From NCBI GenBank assembly GCA_002068935.1, contig MWBF01000001.1, positions 1 to 58,561 on the forward strand: a stretch of 58,561 nucleotides of DNA, given 5' to 3'. Positions 24,997 through 34,237 of this stretch are shown in pieces (within the stretch, counting starts at the first letter, position 1; each line of letters begins with the position of its first letter). The notes under the pieces are model-generated. The model was not told the origin of the DNA and searched no databases. It saw only the letters and a list, made by a program, of their open reading frames with translations. The stretch comes from Chloroflexi bacterium ADurb.Bin325. GTDB lineage: Bacteria > Chloroflexota > Anaerolineae > CG2-30-64-16. The position numbers and the translations under genes were made by a program.

Positions 24997-27900
24997 ATGA
25001 ATCGCACCCAACAAATCCAACGCTGGCGGCGGTATCGCCGCGCCAGGGGCGGCCCGCGCTATGGCCGCTGGTTGCTGGCGCTGGTGGGCGGCTTCCTGCT
25101 CGTCAACGTCTTCCTGCTTGTCTCGACGGTGTTTGGCGCAGTCGCGAGCGCGGCGGGCGTCTACTCCTTCTTCGCCCAGAACCTGCCCGACCCCACCGCG
25201 ATCCAGACCGAACAGGTCAGCTATGAGACGGTCAAAATCTACGACCGCACCGGCAAACACCTGCTGTACGAATCGATCGACCCCCGGCCCTTCCGCGGCG
25301 ACCGCCAGTATCTGACGTCCGACCAGATCCCCGATCTGGTCAAGAACGCGACGGTCGCGCTCGAGGATCGCAGCTTCTACACCAACATCGGCGTCAACCC
25401 GCGCGGCCTGGCGCGCGCCCTGGTCTCCAACCTGCGCGGCCAGAGCATCCAGGGCGCCAGCTCCATCACCCAGCAGTTGGTCAAGAACGTCCTCATCGAC
25501 CCGGAGGAACGCTACCAGCAATCCTATGTGCGCAAGCTCAAGGAAGCCATCATGGCGATCGAGATCACGCGCATCTATCCGGGCCGCGAGGGCAAGGAGC
25601 AGATCCTGGAGTGGTACATCAACTATAACTTCTACGGCAACGCGGCCTACGGCATCGAGGCCGCGGCGCGGGTCTATTACGACAAATCGGTGGCCGACCT
25701 GACGCTGGACGAGGTCGCGGTTCTGACCGCCATCCCGCAGTATCCCGGCCTGAACCCGTTCCAGGCGCCCGGCGACGCCTATCGCCGCCAGCGCAAGGTG
25801 CTGGATGCGATGGTGGAGGCCGGCTACATCAAGCAGAGCGAGGCGGACGCGGCCAAGCGCTTCTTCAACACGCCGCTGCTCAACGACCTGGTCAAGCAGG
25901 GGCTGCTCTCGCAGGGCGATCTGCCGCTGATTGCCACGGGCGACCGCCCCGCCACCGCGCGCGGCCTGAACGCGCTCGTGAAGGCCGGCGAGCTCGCGCG
26001 CGAGGAGGCGGACGCGGCCAAGAAGCTGACCCACGGCCTGTGGCAGTACACGCGCGAGTCCGCGCAGGAGCGCTTCGAGGTGCCGCCGGATGCGCCGCAC
26101 TTTGCGCTCTACGTCCTCCAGCAGCTCCAGGAGAAGTACAACACGCCGGAGGACCCCTACTACATCTGGCAGCACGGCCTGCGCGTGTACACGACGCTCG
26201 ATTGGGATTTGCAGGTGTACGCCGAGTGCGTCGCGCGCAGCCACATCGCCTCGATGCAGTGGCGCACGGCCAAGCCCTGCCAGGACGACCTGCCGACGCT
26301 CCCGCCCGTGCCGGAGGCGCTGTCGCAGAAGTTCGACCACGAGGTCTCCAACGCGTCGGTCGTCGCCATCCGCCCGAACACGGGCGAGGTGCTGGTGATG
26401 GTCGGCAGCCTGGATTACTTCGATGAATCGATCGACGGCCAGGTCAACGTCGCGCTGGCCAAGCGCCAGCCCGGCTCCTCGTTCAAGCCCTACACCTATC
26501 TGACCGCGTTCGAGTCGGGCAACTTTGCGCCGGCGTCGATGGCGATGGACGTGCGCACAGTCTTCCCCGACCCCGGCAACCCGCCCTATGCGCCGGAGAA
26601 CTACGACCGGCGCTATCACGGGCCGCAGTCGCTCCGCCAGGCGTTGCAGCGGTCGTACAACATCCCGGCCGTCTGGCTGATGGATCAGGTCGGCATCGCC
26701 AACGTCATCAAGACCGCGCGGCGCGTCGGCGTCAGCAGCCTCGACAGCGAGCTGAGCTCCTACGGGCTGAGCCTGACCCTGGGCGGCGGCGAGGTCTCGC
26801 TGCTCGACCATACCTATGCGTTCAGCGTCTTTGCCAACGGCGGCGTGATGGCCGGCCAGCCGATCCCGGAGGAGCTCCAACGGCCCGGCTATCGCAAGCT
26901 CGACCCGGTGTTCGTGCTCAAGGTCGAGGACAAGGACGGCAATGCGCTGGAAGAATATCGCCAGCCCACGGCCAAGCGGGTGGTGGAGCCCGCGCCGATG
27001 TACCTCCTGAACAACGTGCTCAGCGATAACGGCCCGCGGCCCGTGGCCTTCGGCAGCTATGCGAACTATCTGACGCTGCCCAACCGGCCCGTCGGAGCCA
27101 AGACCGGCACGACCAACATGTGGCTGGACGCCTGGACGATGGGCTACACGCCGCAACTGGCGGTCACCGCCGCGCCGATCTTCAACCGCGTGCTGGCCAA
27201 GGGGGTCGAGGGGCTGCCGGTGCAGGGGTGGGAGCAGCCGCCCGGCCTGGTGCGGGTGCAGGTCTGCGTGCCCTCCGGCTTGCTGCCCACGCCGGACTGC
27301 CCGGCCACCACGTCGGACCTGTTCCTGGCCGGCAAGGCGCCGGTCATGCAGGACAACATGTATCAGGCGTTCGAGATCAACAGCGAGAACGGCAAGCGCG
27401 CCTCGGCCTGCACGCCGCCGGAGCTGATCAAGCGCGTCGTCTACCAGGTCTACCCCTCCTCCGCGGCGGATTATGTGCGCGAGCAGGAGATCCCTCAGCC
27501 GCCGGTGGAGGTGGACGGGCCGTGCGGCGGCGGCGAGCTGGCGGGAGACGTCGCCATCGACGAGCCGTACATCGGCGCGCGCGTCAAGGGCCAGGTGCAG
27601 ATCACCGGCAACGCGCGCTCCGGCGACTTCCGCGCCTTCAAGGTCGAGGTCGCCTCCGCGCAGGCCCCAGATCAGTGGATCCCGATCGGCGGCGAACACT
27701 TCGAGCAGGTCAGCAACGGCCCGCTGGAGTTCTGGGACACGACCGGGTTCGACGGGCTGTACACGCTGCGGCTGGTCGTCATGGAGAACAGCGGCAACGT
27801 GCAGACCTACGAGTCGCCCATCGTCGTGGACAACGGCGCGCCGAGCGTCAAGGTCATCAATCCGGCCCCGAACCAGCTCTACTACATGGAGGTCCATGAG

Positions 27901-28266
27901 CTGGTGAGCCTGACCGTGGATGCGCAGGACGCCTGGGAGATGGACAAGGTCGTGTTCTATCTGGACGACGCGGCCATCGGGGAGACCACGGTCGCGCCCT
28001 TCAGCGTGCGCTGGACCATCCGCATGGGCAACACGATCCTCCAGGGCGGCAGCGAACGCGTGACCGTCAAGCGGCTGGACGGCTCGACCGCGGAGATCAC
28101 CCTGACCATGCGCGGCAACGGCTCCGGCGCCGCGGTGCTCGACGGCCAGCTCGTGGAGGCCCATACGGTGTACGCGGTCGCGTTCGACCGCGCGGGGAAC
28201 GAGACCAAGAGCGAGCCTGTGCGCTTCTTCGTCACGCACAAGCCCAAGGATGCGGCGCAGCCCTGA
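24997..28266 (+). CDS. class A penicillin-binding protein (glycosyltransferase + transpeptidase) with a long C-terminal Ig-like extension
   Basis: GT51 motifs (ALEDRSFYTNIGVNPRG, GASSITQQLVKN, RKLKEA), transpeptidase motifs (SSFKP, KTGTT), N-terminal TM anchor, and about 350 extra C-terminal residues. Probable start is MNRTQQ (24997). Confidence 0.9.
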   Translation: MNRTQQIQRWRRYRRARGGPRYGRWLLALVGGFLLVNVFLLVSTVFGAVASAAGVYSFFAQNLPDPTAIQTEQVSYETVKIYDRTGKHLLYESIDPRPFRGDRQYLTSDQIPDLVKNATVALEDRSFYTNIGVNPRGLARALVSNLRGQSIQGASSITQQLVKNVLIDPEERYQQSYVRKLKEAIMAIEITRIYPGREGKEQILEWYINYNFYGNAAYGIEAAARVYYDKSVADLTLDEVAVLTAIPQYPGLNPFQAPGDAYRRQRKVLDAMVEAGYIKQSEADAAKRFFNTPLLNDLVKQGLLSQGDLPLIATGDRPATARGLNALVKAGELAREEADAAKKLTHGLWQYTRESAQERFEVPPDAPHFALYVLQQLQEKYNTPEDPYYIWQHGLRVYTTLDWDLQVYAECVARSHIASMQWRTAKPCQDDLPTLPPVPEALSQKFDHEVSNASVVAIRPNTGEVLVMVGSLDYFDESIDGQVNVALAKRQPGSSFKPYTYLTAFESGNFAPASMAMDVRTVFPDPGNPPYAPENYDRRYHGPQSLRQALQRSYNIPAVWLMDQVGIANVIKTARRVGVSSLDSELSSYGLSLTLGGGEVSLLDHTYAFSVFANGGVMAGQPIPEELQRPGYRKLDPVFVLKVEDKDGNALEEYRQPTAKRVVEPAPMYLLNNVLSDNGPRPVAFGSYANYLTLPNRPVGAKTGTTNMWLDAWTMGYTPQLAVTAAPIFNRVLAKGVEGLPVQGWEQPPGLVRVQVCVPSGLLPTPDCPATTSDLFLAGKAPVMQDNMYQAFEINSENGKRASACTPPELIKRVVYQVYPSSAADYVREQEIPQPPVEVDGPCGGGELAGDVAIDEPYIGARVKGQVQITGNARSGDFRAFKVEVASAQAPDQWIPIGGEHFEQVSNGPLEFWDTTGFDGLYTLRLVVMENSGNVQTYESPIVVDNGAPSVKVINPAPNQLYYMEVHELVSLTVDAQDAWEMDKVVFYLDDAAIGETTVAPFSVRWTIRMGNTILQGGSERVTVKRLDGSTAEITLTMRGNGSGAAVLDGQLVEAHTVYAVAFDRAGNETKSEPVRFFVTHKPKDAAQP

Positions 28267-28279
28267 GGTGGCGCAGGCC

Positions 28280-29053
28280 ATGCCCAACATTCTCATCACC
28301 AACGATGACGGCTACCAGGCGCCGGCCATCCCGGCGCTGGCGGCGGCGCTCAAGGCCGTCGGCGATATCATCGTGTTCGTGCCCGACCACAACTGGTCGG
28401 CCGCGGGCCACAGCAAGACGATGCACAAGCCGCTGCGGGTGAGCGAGACGCAACTGCCCGACGGCACGCCCATGTACATCACCAGCGGCGCGCCGTCCGA
28501 CTGCGTCGGGCTGGCGCTGCTCGGCATCGTGCCGCAGCCGCCCGACCTGGTCATCTCCGGCATCAACCAGGGCGCAAACCTGGGCTACGATATGACCTAC
28601 TCCGGCACGGTGGCCGCGGCGATGGAGGCCGCGGTGAACGGGCTGCCGGCGATCGCCGCCTCGCAGGAGGAGACCGAGGAGGGCCGCGGCGACCTGACGT
28701 TTGCCGTGGCCGTGCTGACGCGGCTGGCCCGCCAGGTGCTGGCGCACGGCCTGGGGCCGGGCAGCCTGCTCAACGTCAACTTCCCGGCGCTGCCGCGCGC
28801 GGCGGTGCGCGGGATCCAGGTCACGCGGCTGGGCCGGCGCATCTACCGCGATGTGCTCATCCGGCGGCAGGATCCGCGCGGCCGGCCCTACTACTGGATC
28901 GGCGGGGAGATGCCCGACGGCGTGGCCGAGGCCGGGACCGATATCGGCGCGCTGAGCCAGGGCTACGTGTCCGTGACGCCGCTCGCCCTCGACATGACCG
29001 CCGAGCACGAGCTGGCGTATCTGCACACCTGGGACTGGCAGTTAGAGCCATGA
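28280..29053 (+). CDS. surE: 5'/3'-nucleotidase SurE
   Basis: MPNILITNDDGY, GINQGANLGYDMTYSGTVAAAMEA and the YVSVTPL signature regions. Confidence 0.92.
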   Translation: MPNILITNDDGYQAPAIPALAAALKAVGDIIVFVPDHNWSAAGHSKTMHKPLRVSETQLPDGTPMYITSGAPSDCVGLALLGIVPQPPDLVISGINQGANLGYDMTYSGTVAAAMEAAVNGLPAIAASQEETEEGRGDLTFAVAVLTRLARQVLAHGLGPGSLLNVNFPALPRAAVRGIQVTRLGRRIYRDVLIRRQDPRGRPYYWIGGEMPDGVAEAGTDIGALSQGYVSVTPLALDMTAEHELAYLHTWDWQLEP

Positions 29054-29946
29054 GCTTCAAACCGATGCCCTGCTCCGACCGTTGGAACGGCCTGCTGACG
29101 ATCCTGGTCCTGGGCCTGCTGGACCTCACCCTGATCCACCAGGTGATGAACCGCCCCATCGACGGCCTGAGCTTCCTGCTGGGGCTCAGCGCGGTGGCCA
29201 TCCCGTTCCTGATGGTCTACATCGCCTATCGCACCCTCGGCGCGTTCACCATGGAATACTGGGTCGACCGGGATGCGGTGACGGTCGTCTGGGGGCTGAC
29301 GCGTCACATCGTGCCGCTGACCCACATCGAGCAGATCCTGACCGATTCCGCGCTCCAGCCGCAGCAAGGCCCGCGGTTCTGGCACTGGCCGTGCCCGTTC
29401 CGCCGGCGCGTGCACTGCGGCCGCCTGGGCATCGTCAACGCCTATGCGACGCAGCCCTTCCACGAGCAGCTCGTCCTCGTGACGGCGGAGGAGAGCTATG
29501 GCCTGTCGCCGGCGGACCGCGCGGGGTTCGTGGCCGCGCTCCAGGAGCGCTACGCCCTCGGCGCGGCGCGGCCCGTCCGGCCGGAGCTGCGCCGGCCGCC
29601 CATCTGGACCTGGCCGCTCTGGCGCGACCGCACCGCGCTGTTTCTGATCGCCGCGGGGCTGTTCGGCGTCGTGCTGATGTTCGGGGTCCTTTCCTTCCTC
29701 TATCCCGTCCTCTCCGCCGACCTGCCGCTGCACTTCGACGTCAGCGGCCTGCCCGACCGCATCGCGCCGAAGGCCAACCTGTTCGGCCTGCCGGTGATCG
29801 GGCTGGTGACGTGGCTGTTCAACACGGTCGTCGGCATCTGGCTGTACCGCCGCGTCCAGCACGGGGCCGCGTATCTGCTGTGGGGCGGCGCGCTGATCGT
29901 CCAGGGGATCGCGGGGCTGGCGCTGTTCAATCTGATGCGCTGGTGA
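29050..29946 (+). CDS. membrane protein (PH-like N-terminal part, DUF1648-like C-terminal part)
   Basis: ATGA overlap with the surE stop. Two N-terminal TM helices, a soluble middle, and C-terminal TM helices with LPLHFDVSGLPDRIAPK, typical of DUF1648. Confidence 0.6.
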   Translation: MSFKPMPCSDRWNGLLTILVLGLLDLTLIHQVMNRPIDGLSFLLGLSAVAIPFLMVYIAYRTLGAFTMEYWVDRDAVTVVWGLTRHIVPLTHIEQILTDSALQPQQGPRFWHWPCPFRRRVHCGRLGIVNAYATQPFHEQLVLVTAEESYGLSPADRAGFVAALQERYALGAARPVRPELRRPPIWTWPLWRDRTALFLIAAGLFGVVLMFGVLSFLYPVLSADLPLHFDVSGLPDRIAPKANLFGLPVIGLVTWLFNTVVGIWLYRRVQHGAAYLLWGGALIVQGIAGLALFNLMRW

Positions 29947-29982
29947 CGCGCGCTGTGCTTTTCCGCCGTGCATGAAGGGCCC

Positions 29983-30723
29983 ATGACCCACCAACCCGAA
30001 CCCTTGCTGAGCATCATCATCCCGGCGTACAACGAGGAGCACCGGCTGCCGCGCTCGCTGGACAAGATCATCGCGTTCATCGAGGAGCAGGCGGACGACT
30101 TCGAGGTGTTGATCGTCGAGAACGGCAGCCGCGACCGCACGACCGAGGTCGCCGAGGCGTATGCGGCGCGCTACCCCTACATCCACGTGCTACACAGCGA
30201 GAAGGGCAAGGGCGCCGCGGTGCGCGCGGGGATGCTGGCCGGCCGCGGGCGCTATCTGTTTATGTGCGACTCGGATCTGTCGATGCCGATCACCGAGGTC
30301 CGCAAGTTCCTGCCGCCGCGGCTGACGGGATATGACATCGCGATCGCCTCGCGCGAGGGGCCGGGCGCGCACCGCTACGGCGAGCCCGCATACCGCCATC
30401 TGATGGGCCGGGTCTTCAACCTGATCATCCGCGTGCTGGCGATCCCGCACCTGCAAGATACGCAGTGCGGGTTCAAGAGCTTCCGGCGGGACGTGGCGCG
30501 CGAGGTGTTCGGCTGCCTGACCATGACCGGCTGGTCGTTCGACGTGGAGGCGCTGTTCATCGCCCTCCGCCGCGGCTACGAGGTCATCCCCGTCCCCGTG
30601 GACTGGTATTTCGACGCCGACAGCCGCGTCAACCCGCTGCACGACACCTGGCGCATGTTCCGCGATGTGGTGAAGATCCGCCTGCGCGGGCTGCGCGGCG
30701 CATATGCGCGGGGGAAGTGCTGA
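29983..30723 (+). CDS. family 2 glycosyltransferase (paralogue of 22962..23777)
   Basis: LSIIIPAYNEE, VENGSRDRT, MCDSDLS and DTQCGFKSFRRD motifs. Confidence 0.85.
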   Translation: MTHQPEPLLSIIIPAYNEEHRLPRSLDKIIAFIEEQADDFEVLIVENGSRDRTTEVAEAYAARYPYIHVLHSEKGKGAAVRAGMLAGRGRYLFMCDSDLSMPITEVRKFLPPRLTGYDIAIASREGPGAHRYGEPAYRHLMGRVFNLIIRVLAIPHLQDTQCGFKSFRRDVAREVFGCLTMTGWSFDVEALFIALRRGYEVIPVPVDWYFDADSRVNPLHDTWRMFRDVVKIRLRGLRGAYARGKC

Positions 30724-30777
30724 GGGACAACCTCGCCCCCAGCCCTCCCCTGAAGGCGAGCCGAGGGCCGCGCGCGT

Positions 30778-31413
30778 CTACAGCGAGAGCAACCACCACG
30801 CCAGCACGCCCACCTGCGCCGCGACGATCAGCCAGAAGATCGCCTGGAACCGCCTATCGCTGACCTTGTGGCGGAACGTGCACATGCCCAGGAACGCGCC
30901 GGGCGTCCCGCCGAGCGCGGCGAGCAGGTGCAACACCAGTTCCGGCACGCGCGTGCCGGTCGCGCCGGCCCGGGCCTTGTCCCACCCGTACAGCCCAAAC
31001 GTCGCCATGCTCAGCGCGACCGCCCACATGCCGATCCACAGGGCGAGCGAGCCGGGCCGATCCAGCGCAAAGGCCAGCCCGAACAGCAATACCAGCGCCG
31101 AGCCGATCCCGATCAACAGAAACTTGAGATAGGGGATGTTGAGGACCGACCCGGCCTGCACGTTGAGCGCGGTCAGGCCCCGGCTGGTGCGCGCCACCGT
31201 GAAGCGGACGCGCTGGCCCGGGTGCAGCGTGCGGCGGCCCTCGACGTTGCGGACGTGGACGAAGATATCCTGGTTGACCGCGCCGCGCGCGCTATCGGGC
31301 CGGATGAAGCCGAAGCCCCGATCCGCCTCGAACTTGACCACCACGCCCGCCTGGACGCCGGTCGGCGGCGGGGTGGGAGGGGCGTTTTTTGCCGTCACAT
31401 GACCTCCAAGCAA
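30778..31413 (-). CDS. cold-shock domain / DUF1294 membrane fusion protein
   Basis: CSD core GVVVKFEADRGFGFIRPD ... DIFVHVRNV is followed by a TM region and a DUF1294-like part (YGWDKARA..G..RVPE..L..LA.LGG.PGAFLGM..FRHK). The start is TTG 31413, or GTG 31398 just behind GGAGG. Confidence 0.8.
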   Translation of the reverse strand: MLGGHVTAKNAPPTPPPTGVQAGVVVKFEADRGFGFIRPDSARGAVNQDIFVHVRNVEGRRTLHPGQRVRFTVARTSRGLTALNVQAGSVLNIPYLKFLLIGIGSALVLLFGLAFALDRPGSLALWIGMWAVALSMATFGLYGWDKARAGATGTRVPELVLHLLAALGGTPGAFLGMCTFRHKVSDRRFQAIFWLIVAAQVGVLAWWLLSL

Positions 31414-31477
31414 GGGCTACAGGCTTCGCGTGCCGCGACGCCGCACAGGGGGCACGGTCAGAGACCGGCCCCAGCGC

Positions 31478-31775
31478 GTTGGTTCGTAGCAGGCGCTTCA
31501 GCCTCCCGCGCCCGATAAGGCGCTGAAGCGCCCACTACAAACGGAGGCCGCGGCCCCGTCAGCACCCGGCCTCAGCATGTTGGTTCGTAGCAGGCGCTTT
31601 AGCGCCCCGCGCCCGATAAGGCGCTGAAGCGCCCACTACGAACGGAGGCCGCGGCCCCGTCAGCGCCCGGCCTCAGCATGTTGGTTCGTAGTAGGCGCTT
31701 TAGCGCCCCGCGCCCGATAAGGCACTGAAGCGCTTACTACAAACGGAGGCCGCGGCCCTGTCAGCGCCCGGCCTC
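31478..31775. repeat. tandem array, three copies of a 101-nt hairpin unit (family D)
   Basis: GTTGGTTCGTAG(C/T)AGGCGCTT(T/C)AGC... starts at 31478, 31579 and 31680 (exact 101-nt period). Each unit holds the inverted pair GTAGCAGGCGCTTTAGCGCC / GGCGCTGAAGCGCCCACTAC. The last 15 nt (TCAGCGCCCGGCCTC) are shared with the 3' end of the methyltransferase gene. Confidence 0.9.
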
Positions 31776-32714
31776 CGCGGCCGGGTCGTTGCAGTAGCGC
31801 CAGAGGCGCACTTCGGGCCGCGGGTCGAGCTGCGCCAGGCGGAGCAGCGTCTTCTCCACGGCCAGCGGGTTGCGGTCGCTCAGGATGCTGGGGCGGCCCA
31901 GGCGCGCGGCGACCACGCCGGCCGTGCCGGACCCGGCAAAGAAGTCGCCCACGAGATCGCCGGGCCGGCTGGAGGCCCGGACGATGCGCTCCAGCAGGGC
32001 CGCGGGCTTCTGCGTCTCGTAGCCGACGCGCTCCGAATGGATGCGCGCGACGACCGGGAAATACCACCAGTCCTCCGGCACCTTGCCGCGCGCCAGATCC
32101 GGGACCTTGCCGAACCCGGCCCTGGGGCTGCTGGCGAAGGTCTTGACCGTGGCCGGGTCATAGGGCACGCGCACCGCGTCCGCGTCGAAATAGTAGTCCG
32201 CCGAGCGGGTGTAGACCAGGATCGTGTCGTGCTTGCGCTTGAACGCGCTGCGGATGGGCGACGGCCCGTGATAGCACCAGATGATCTCGTTGAGGAAGCG
32301 CTTGCGGCCGAACAGCCGATCCAGCTCGACCTTGACATAATGGACGGCGTGCCAATCGAGGTGCACATACAGCGTGCCGCTGTCCGCCAGCAGGTCGCGG
32401 CACAGCGCCAGGCGGCGGGCCAGCCAGGCCAGATAGTCCTCGAACTCCCGATCGTCGCGGTAGGCGTCGATCGTGCGAGCGGACTGCTCCCGCGTGCCCC
32501 CGACCCGCGCGGCATAGGCCTTGCCCGTCCCGAACGGCGGGTCCAGGTAGATGAGCTGGAACCGGCCCGCCCATTGCTCCGTCATGGTTTGCAGCAGCGG
32601 CAGGCGCACGGGCGCGGCATCCGCCGCGTCCGCCGCCAGCTCAGGCAGGTGGAGCTGCGTATAGTTGTGTTCGTAAGCGCCGCGGCCCATGGCGGCATGA
32701 TACCGCAGGCGCAC
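31761..32714 (-). CDS. site-specific DNA methyltransferase (N6-adenine or N4-cytosine, beta-class motif order), apparently orphan
   Basis: Motif IV (LIYLDPPFGTG) lies upstream of motif I (GDLVGDFFAGSGTAGVVA), with ETQKP and the ParB-less MT-A70/N4-N6 MTase pattern. The start is GTG 32714 or ATG 32690. No nuclease gene is adjacent. Confidence 0.85.
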   Translation of the reverse strand: MRLRYHAAMGRGAYEHNYTQLHLPELAADAADAAPVRLPLLQTMTEQWAGRFQLIYLDPPFGTGKAYAARVGGTREQSARTIDAYRDDREFEDYLAWLARRLALCRDLLADSGTLYVHLDWHAVHYVKVELDRLFGRKRFLNEIIWCYHGPSPIRSAFKRKHDTILVYTRSADYYFDADAVRVPYDPATVKTFASSPRAGFGKVPDLARGKVPEDWWYFPVVARIHSERVGYETQKPAALLERIVRASSRPGDLVGDFFAGSGTAGVVAARLGRPSILSDRNPLAVEKTLLRLAQLDPRPEVRLWRYCNDPAAEAGR

Positions 32715-32750
32715 CGCCCGCGCAAAGTGGGATCAATGAAACGCCGCGAT

Positions 32751-32779
32751 TTAGCAAAATAGCAACTGTTGAGTATAAT
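32751..32779 (+). promoter_or_regulatory. candidate sigma70-type promoter for the radical SAM gene
   Basis: TTAGCA (32751-32756), a 17-nt spacer, then a perfect TATAAT (32774-32779), in an AT-rich divergent intergenic region 44 nt upstream of the ATG at 32823. Confidence 0.45.
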
Positions 32780-32822
32780 AACTGCCAGCCAGATACTTTT
32801 TTGAAGAAGGCGCCTCGAAAAC

Positions 32823-34229
32823 ATGACTATTCACTGGCCCTGGGGCAGGCAGAAATCCAGGATCGTCTGGATCGACCTGGGCGACCTGGGCGACCTGGTC
32901 CACCCCGAAGGCCCCCACGAACAATGGCAGGATCACGGGCTGGCCCTGCTGCGCACGATCATGCACCAGGCCGGCATCCAGACCGACATCGTCTCCACGC
33001 GCGCGGTCACCTCCTGGGAGCAGCTCAAGGCGCAAGTGACCGGCTACGATATGGCGCTGATGAACGTGCGCAGCTACACGTTCCCCTCCGGGCGCAGGGC
33101 CGCGCAGGTGTTCAAGGAGGTCAACCCGAACGGCCTGGTGATGGCGGGCGGGATGCACGCCACGGTCGCGGCGGACGAGATGCTGGAGACGCCGGAGTTC
33201 GACAAGGTCTGCCAGGGGCCGGGCGAAAAGATCATCCTGGATCTCGTGCGCGACCCGGCCGCGTTCCCGCGGCTGTTCCAGGGCCGGGGCGCGGCGTCGA
33301 TGGCCGAATGGCCGATGATCGACCGCACCCTCTGGCCGCGGCCGGCCAGCCGCGAGGTGACGCGGCGCTTCAACTGGCCGCTAGAGCCGGAGTGTGGCTG
33401 GGGGCCGGGACCGGTCGTGACGCTGCTGACGAGCCGCGTCTGCCCGTGGCAGTGCGTCTTCTGCAACGAAAGCTCCTACATCCCGAACATCGGCCGCCGG
33501 CCCGTGGATGCGGTGATCGAGGAGCTGAACTATCTGGACGACCATTACGGCGTCGGCTCCTTCGTCATCCACGATTCGATGTTCTTCCAGAACCCGAGCT
33601 GGCTGCGCGAGTGGATCGAGAAGTACCCGCGCAAGGCGCACAAGCGCTGGGGCTATTGGGCCGCGGGCCGGGCCGACACGGTGCGCCAGTGGCCCGACCT
33701 GTTCGAGGCGCTCGTCAGGGAGACGAACTGGAACATGATCTCCATCGGCTTCGAGTCGGGCAGCGACCGGGTGTTGCGGCTGCTCAACAAGGAGTGCACC
33801 GAGGAGGACAACAACTTCGCCATCGACCTGGTGAACCGGCTGGGCGATGAGCTGGCCGCAAAGGGCCGGATCCCCCCGCGCTTCTGGTCGAACATCATGC
33901 TCGGCATCCCCGGCGAGCAGCCGGAGGACGCGTTCAAGACGATGCGCATGATCAAGCGGATGAAGCGCGTCTTCCCGTCCATCTCCTACTATGCGCCCTA
34001 TCCCGGCTCCGCGCTCGGCTTCCAGCTCATCGCGGAGGGCAAGAGCAAGATGTCGAAGGAGAACTATCACCGCTTCCCGGACGACGAGAAGGTCGTCGGC
34101 GTGGACTACAACTTCTATCGGGAACTGCTGGCAGGCAAGTACGATGCAGAGGTCAACGCGGGCCTGACGCCGGAGGAGCAGCGTCGCGGCTATGCGGGGC
34201 TGTATGCGGCCGCGCTGACGAAGGCTTGA
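32823..34229 (+). CDS. B12-binding-domain radical SAM enzyme
   Basis: N-terminal Rossmann-like B12-binding region (YDMALMNVRSYTF ... VMAGGMHAT). Radical SAM cluster motif CPWQCVFC (CxxxCxxC). GFESGS and other rSAM core motifs. Confidence 0.85.
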   Translation: MTIHWPWGRQKSRIVWIDLGDLGDLVHPEGPHEQWQDHGLALLRTIMHQAGIQTDIVSTRAVTSWEQLKAQVTGYDMALMNVRSYTFPSGRRAAQVFKEVNPNGLVMAGGMHATVAADEMLETPEFDKVCQGPGEKIILDLVRDPAAFPRLFQGRGAASMAEWPMIDRTLWPRPASREVTRRFNWPLEPECGWGPGPVVTLLTSRVCPWQCVFCNESSYIPNIGRRPVDAVIEELNYLDDHYGVGSFVIHDSMFFQNPSWLREWIEKYPRKAHKRWGYWAAGRADTVRQWPDLFEALVRETNWNMISIGFESGSDRVLRLLNKECTEEDNNFAIDLVNRLGDELAAKGRIPPRFWSNIMLGIPGEQPEDAFKTMRMIKRMKRVFPSISYYAPYPGSALGFQLIAEGKSKMSKENYHRFPDDEKVVGVDYNFYRELLAGKYDAEVNAGLTPEEQRRGYAGLYAAALTKA

Positions 34230-34237
34230 GGCGGACG

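Noticed and set aside
24895-28302. 1135-aa minus-strand ORF
   Set aside because: It is the antisense shadow of the class A PBP gene. It has no recognisable motifs, whereas the PBP frame has GT51 and transpeptidase signatures.
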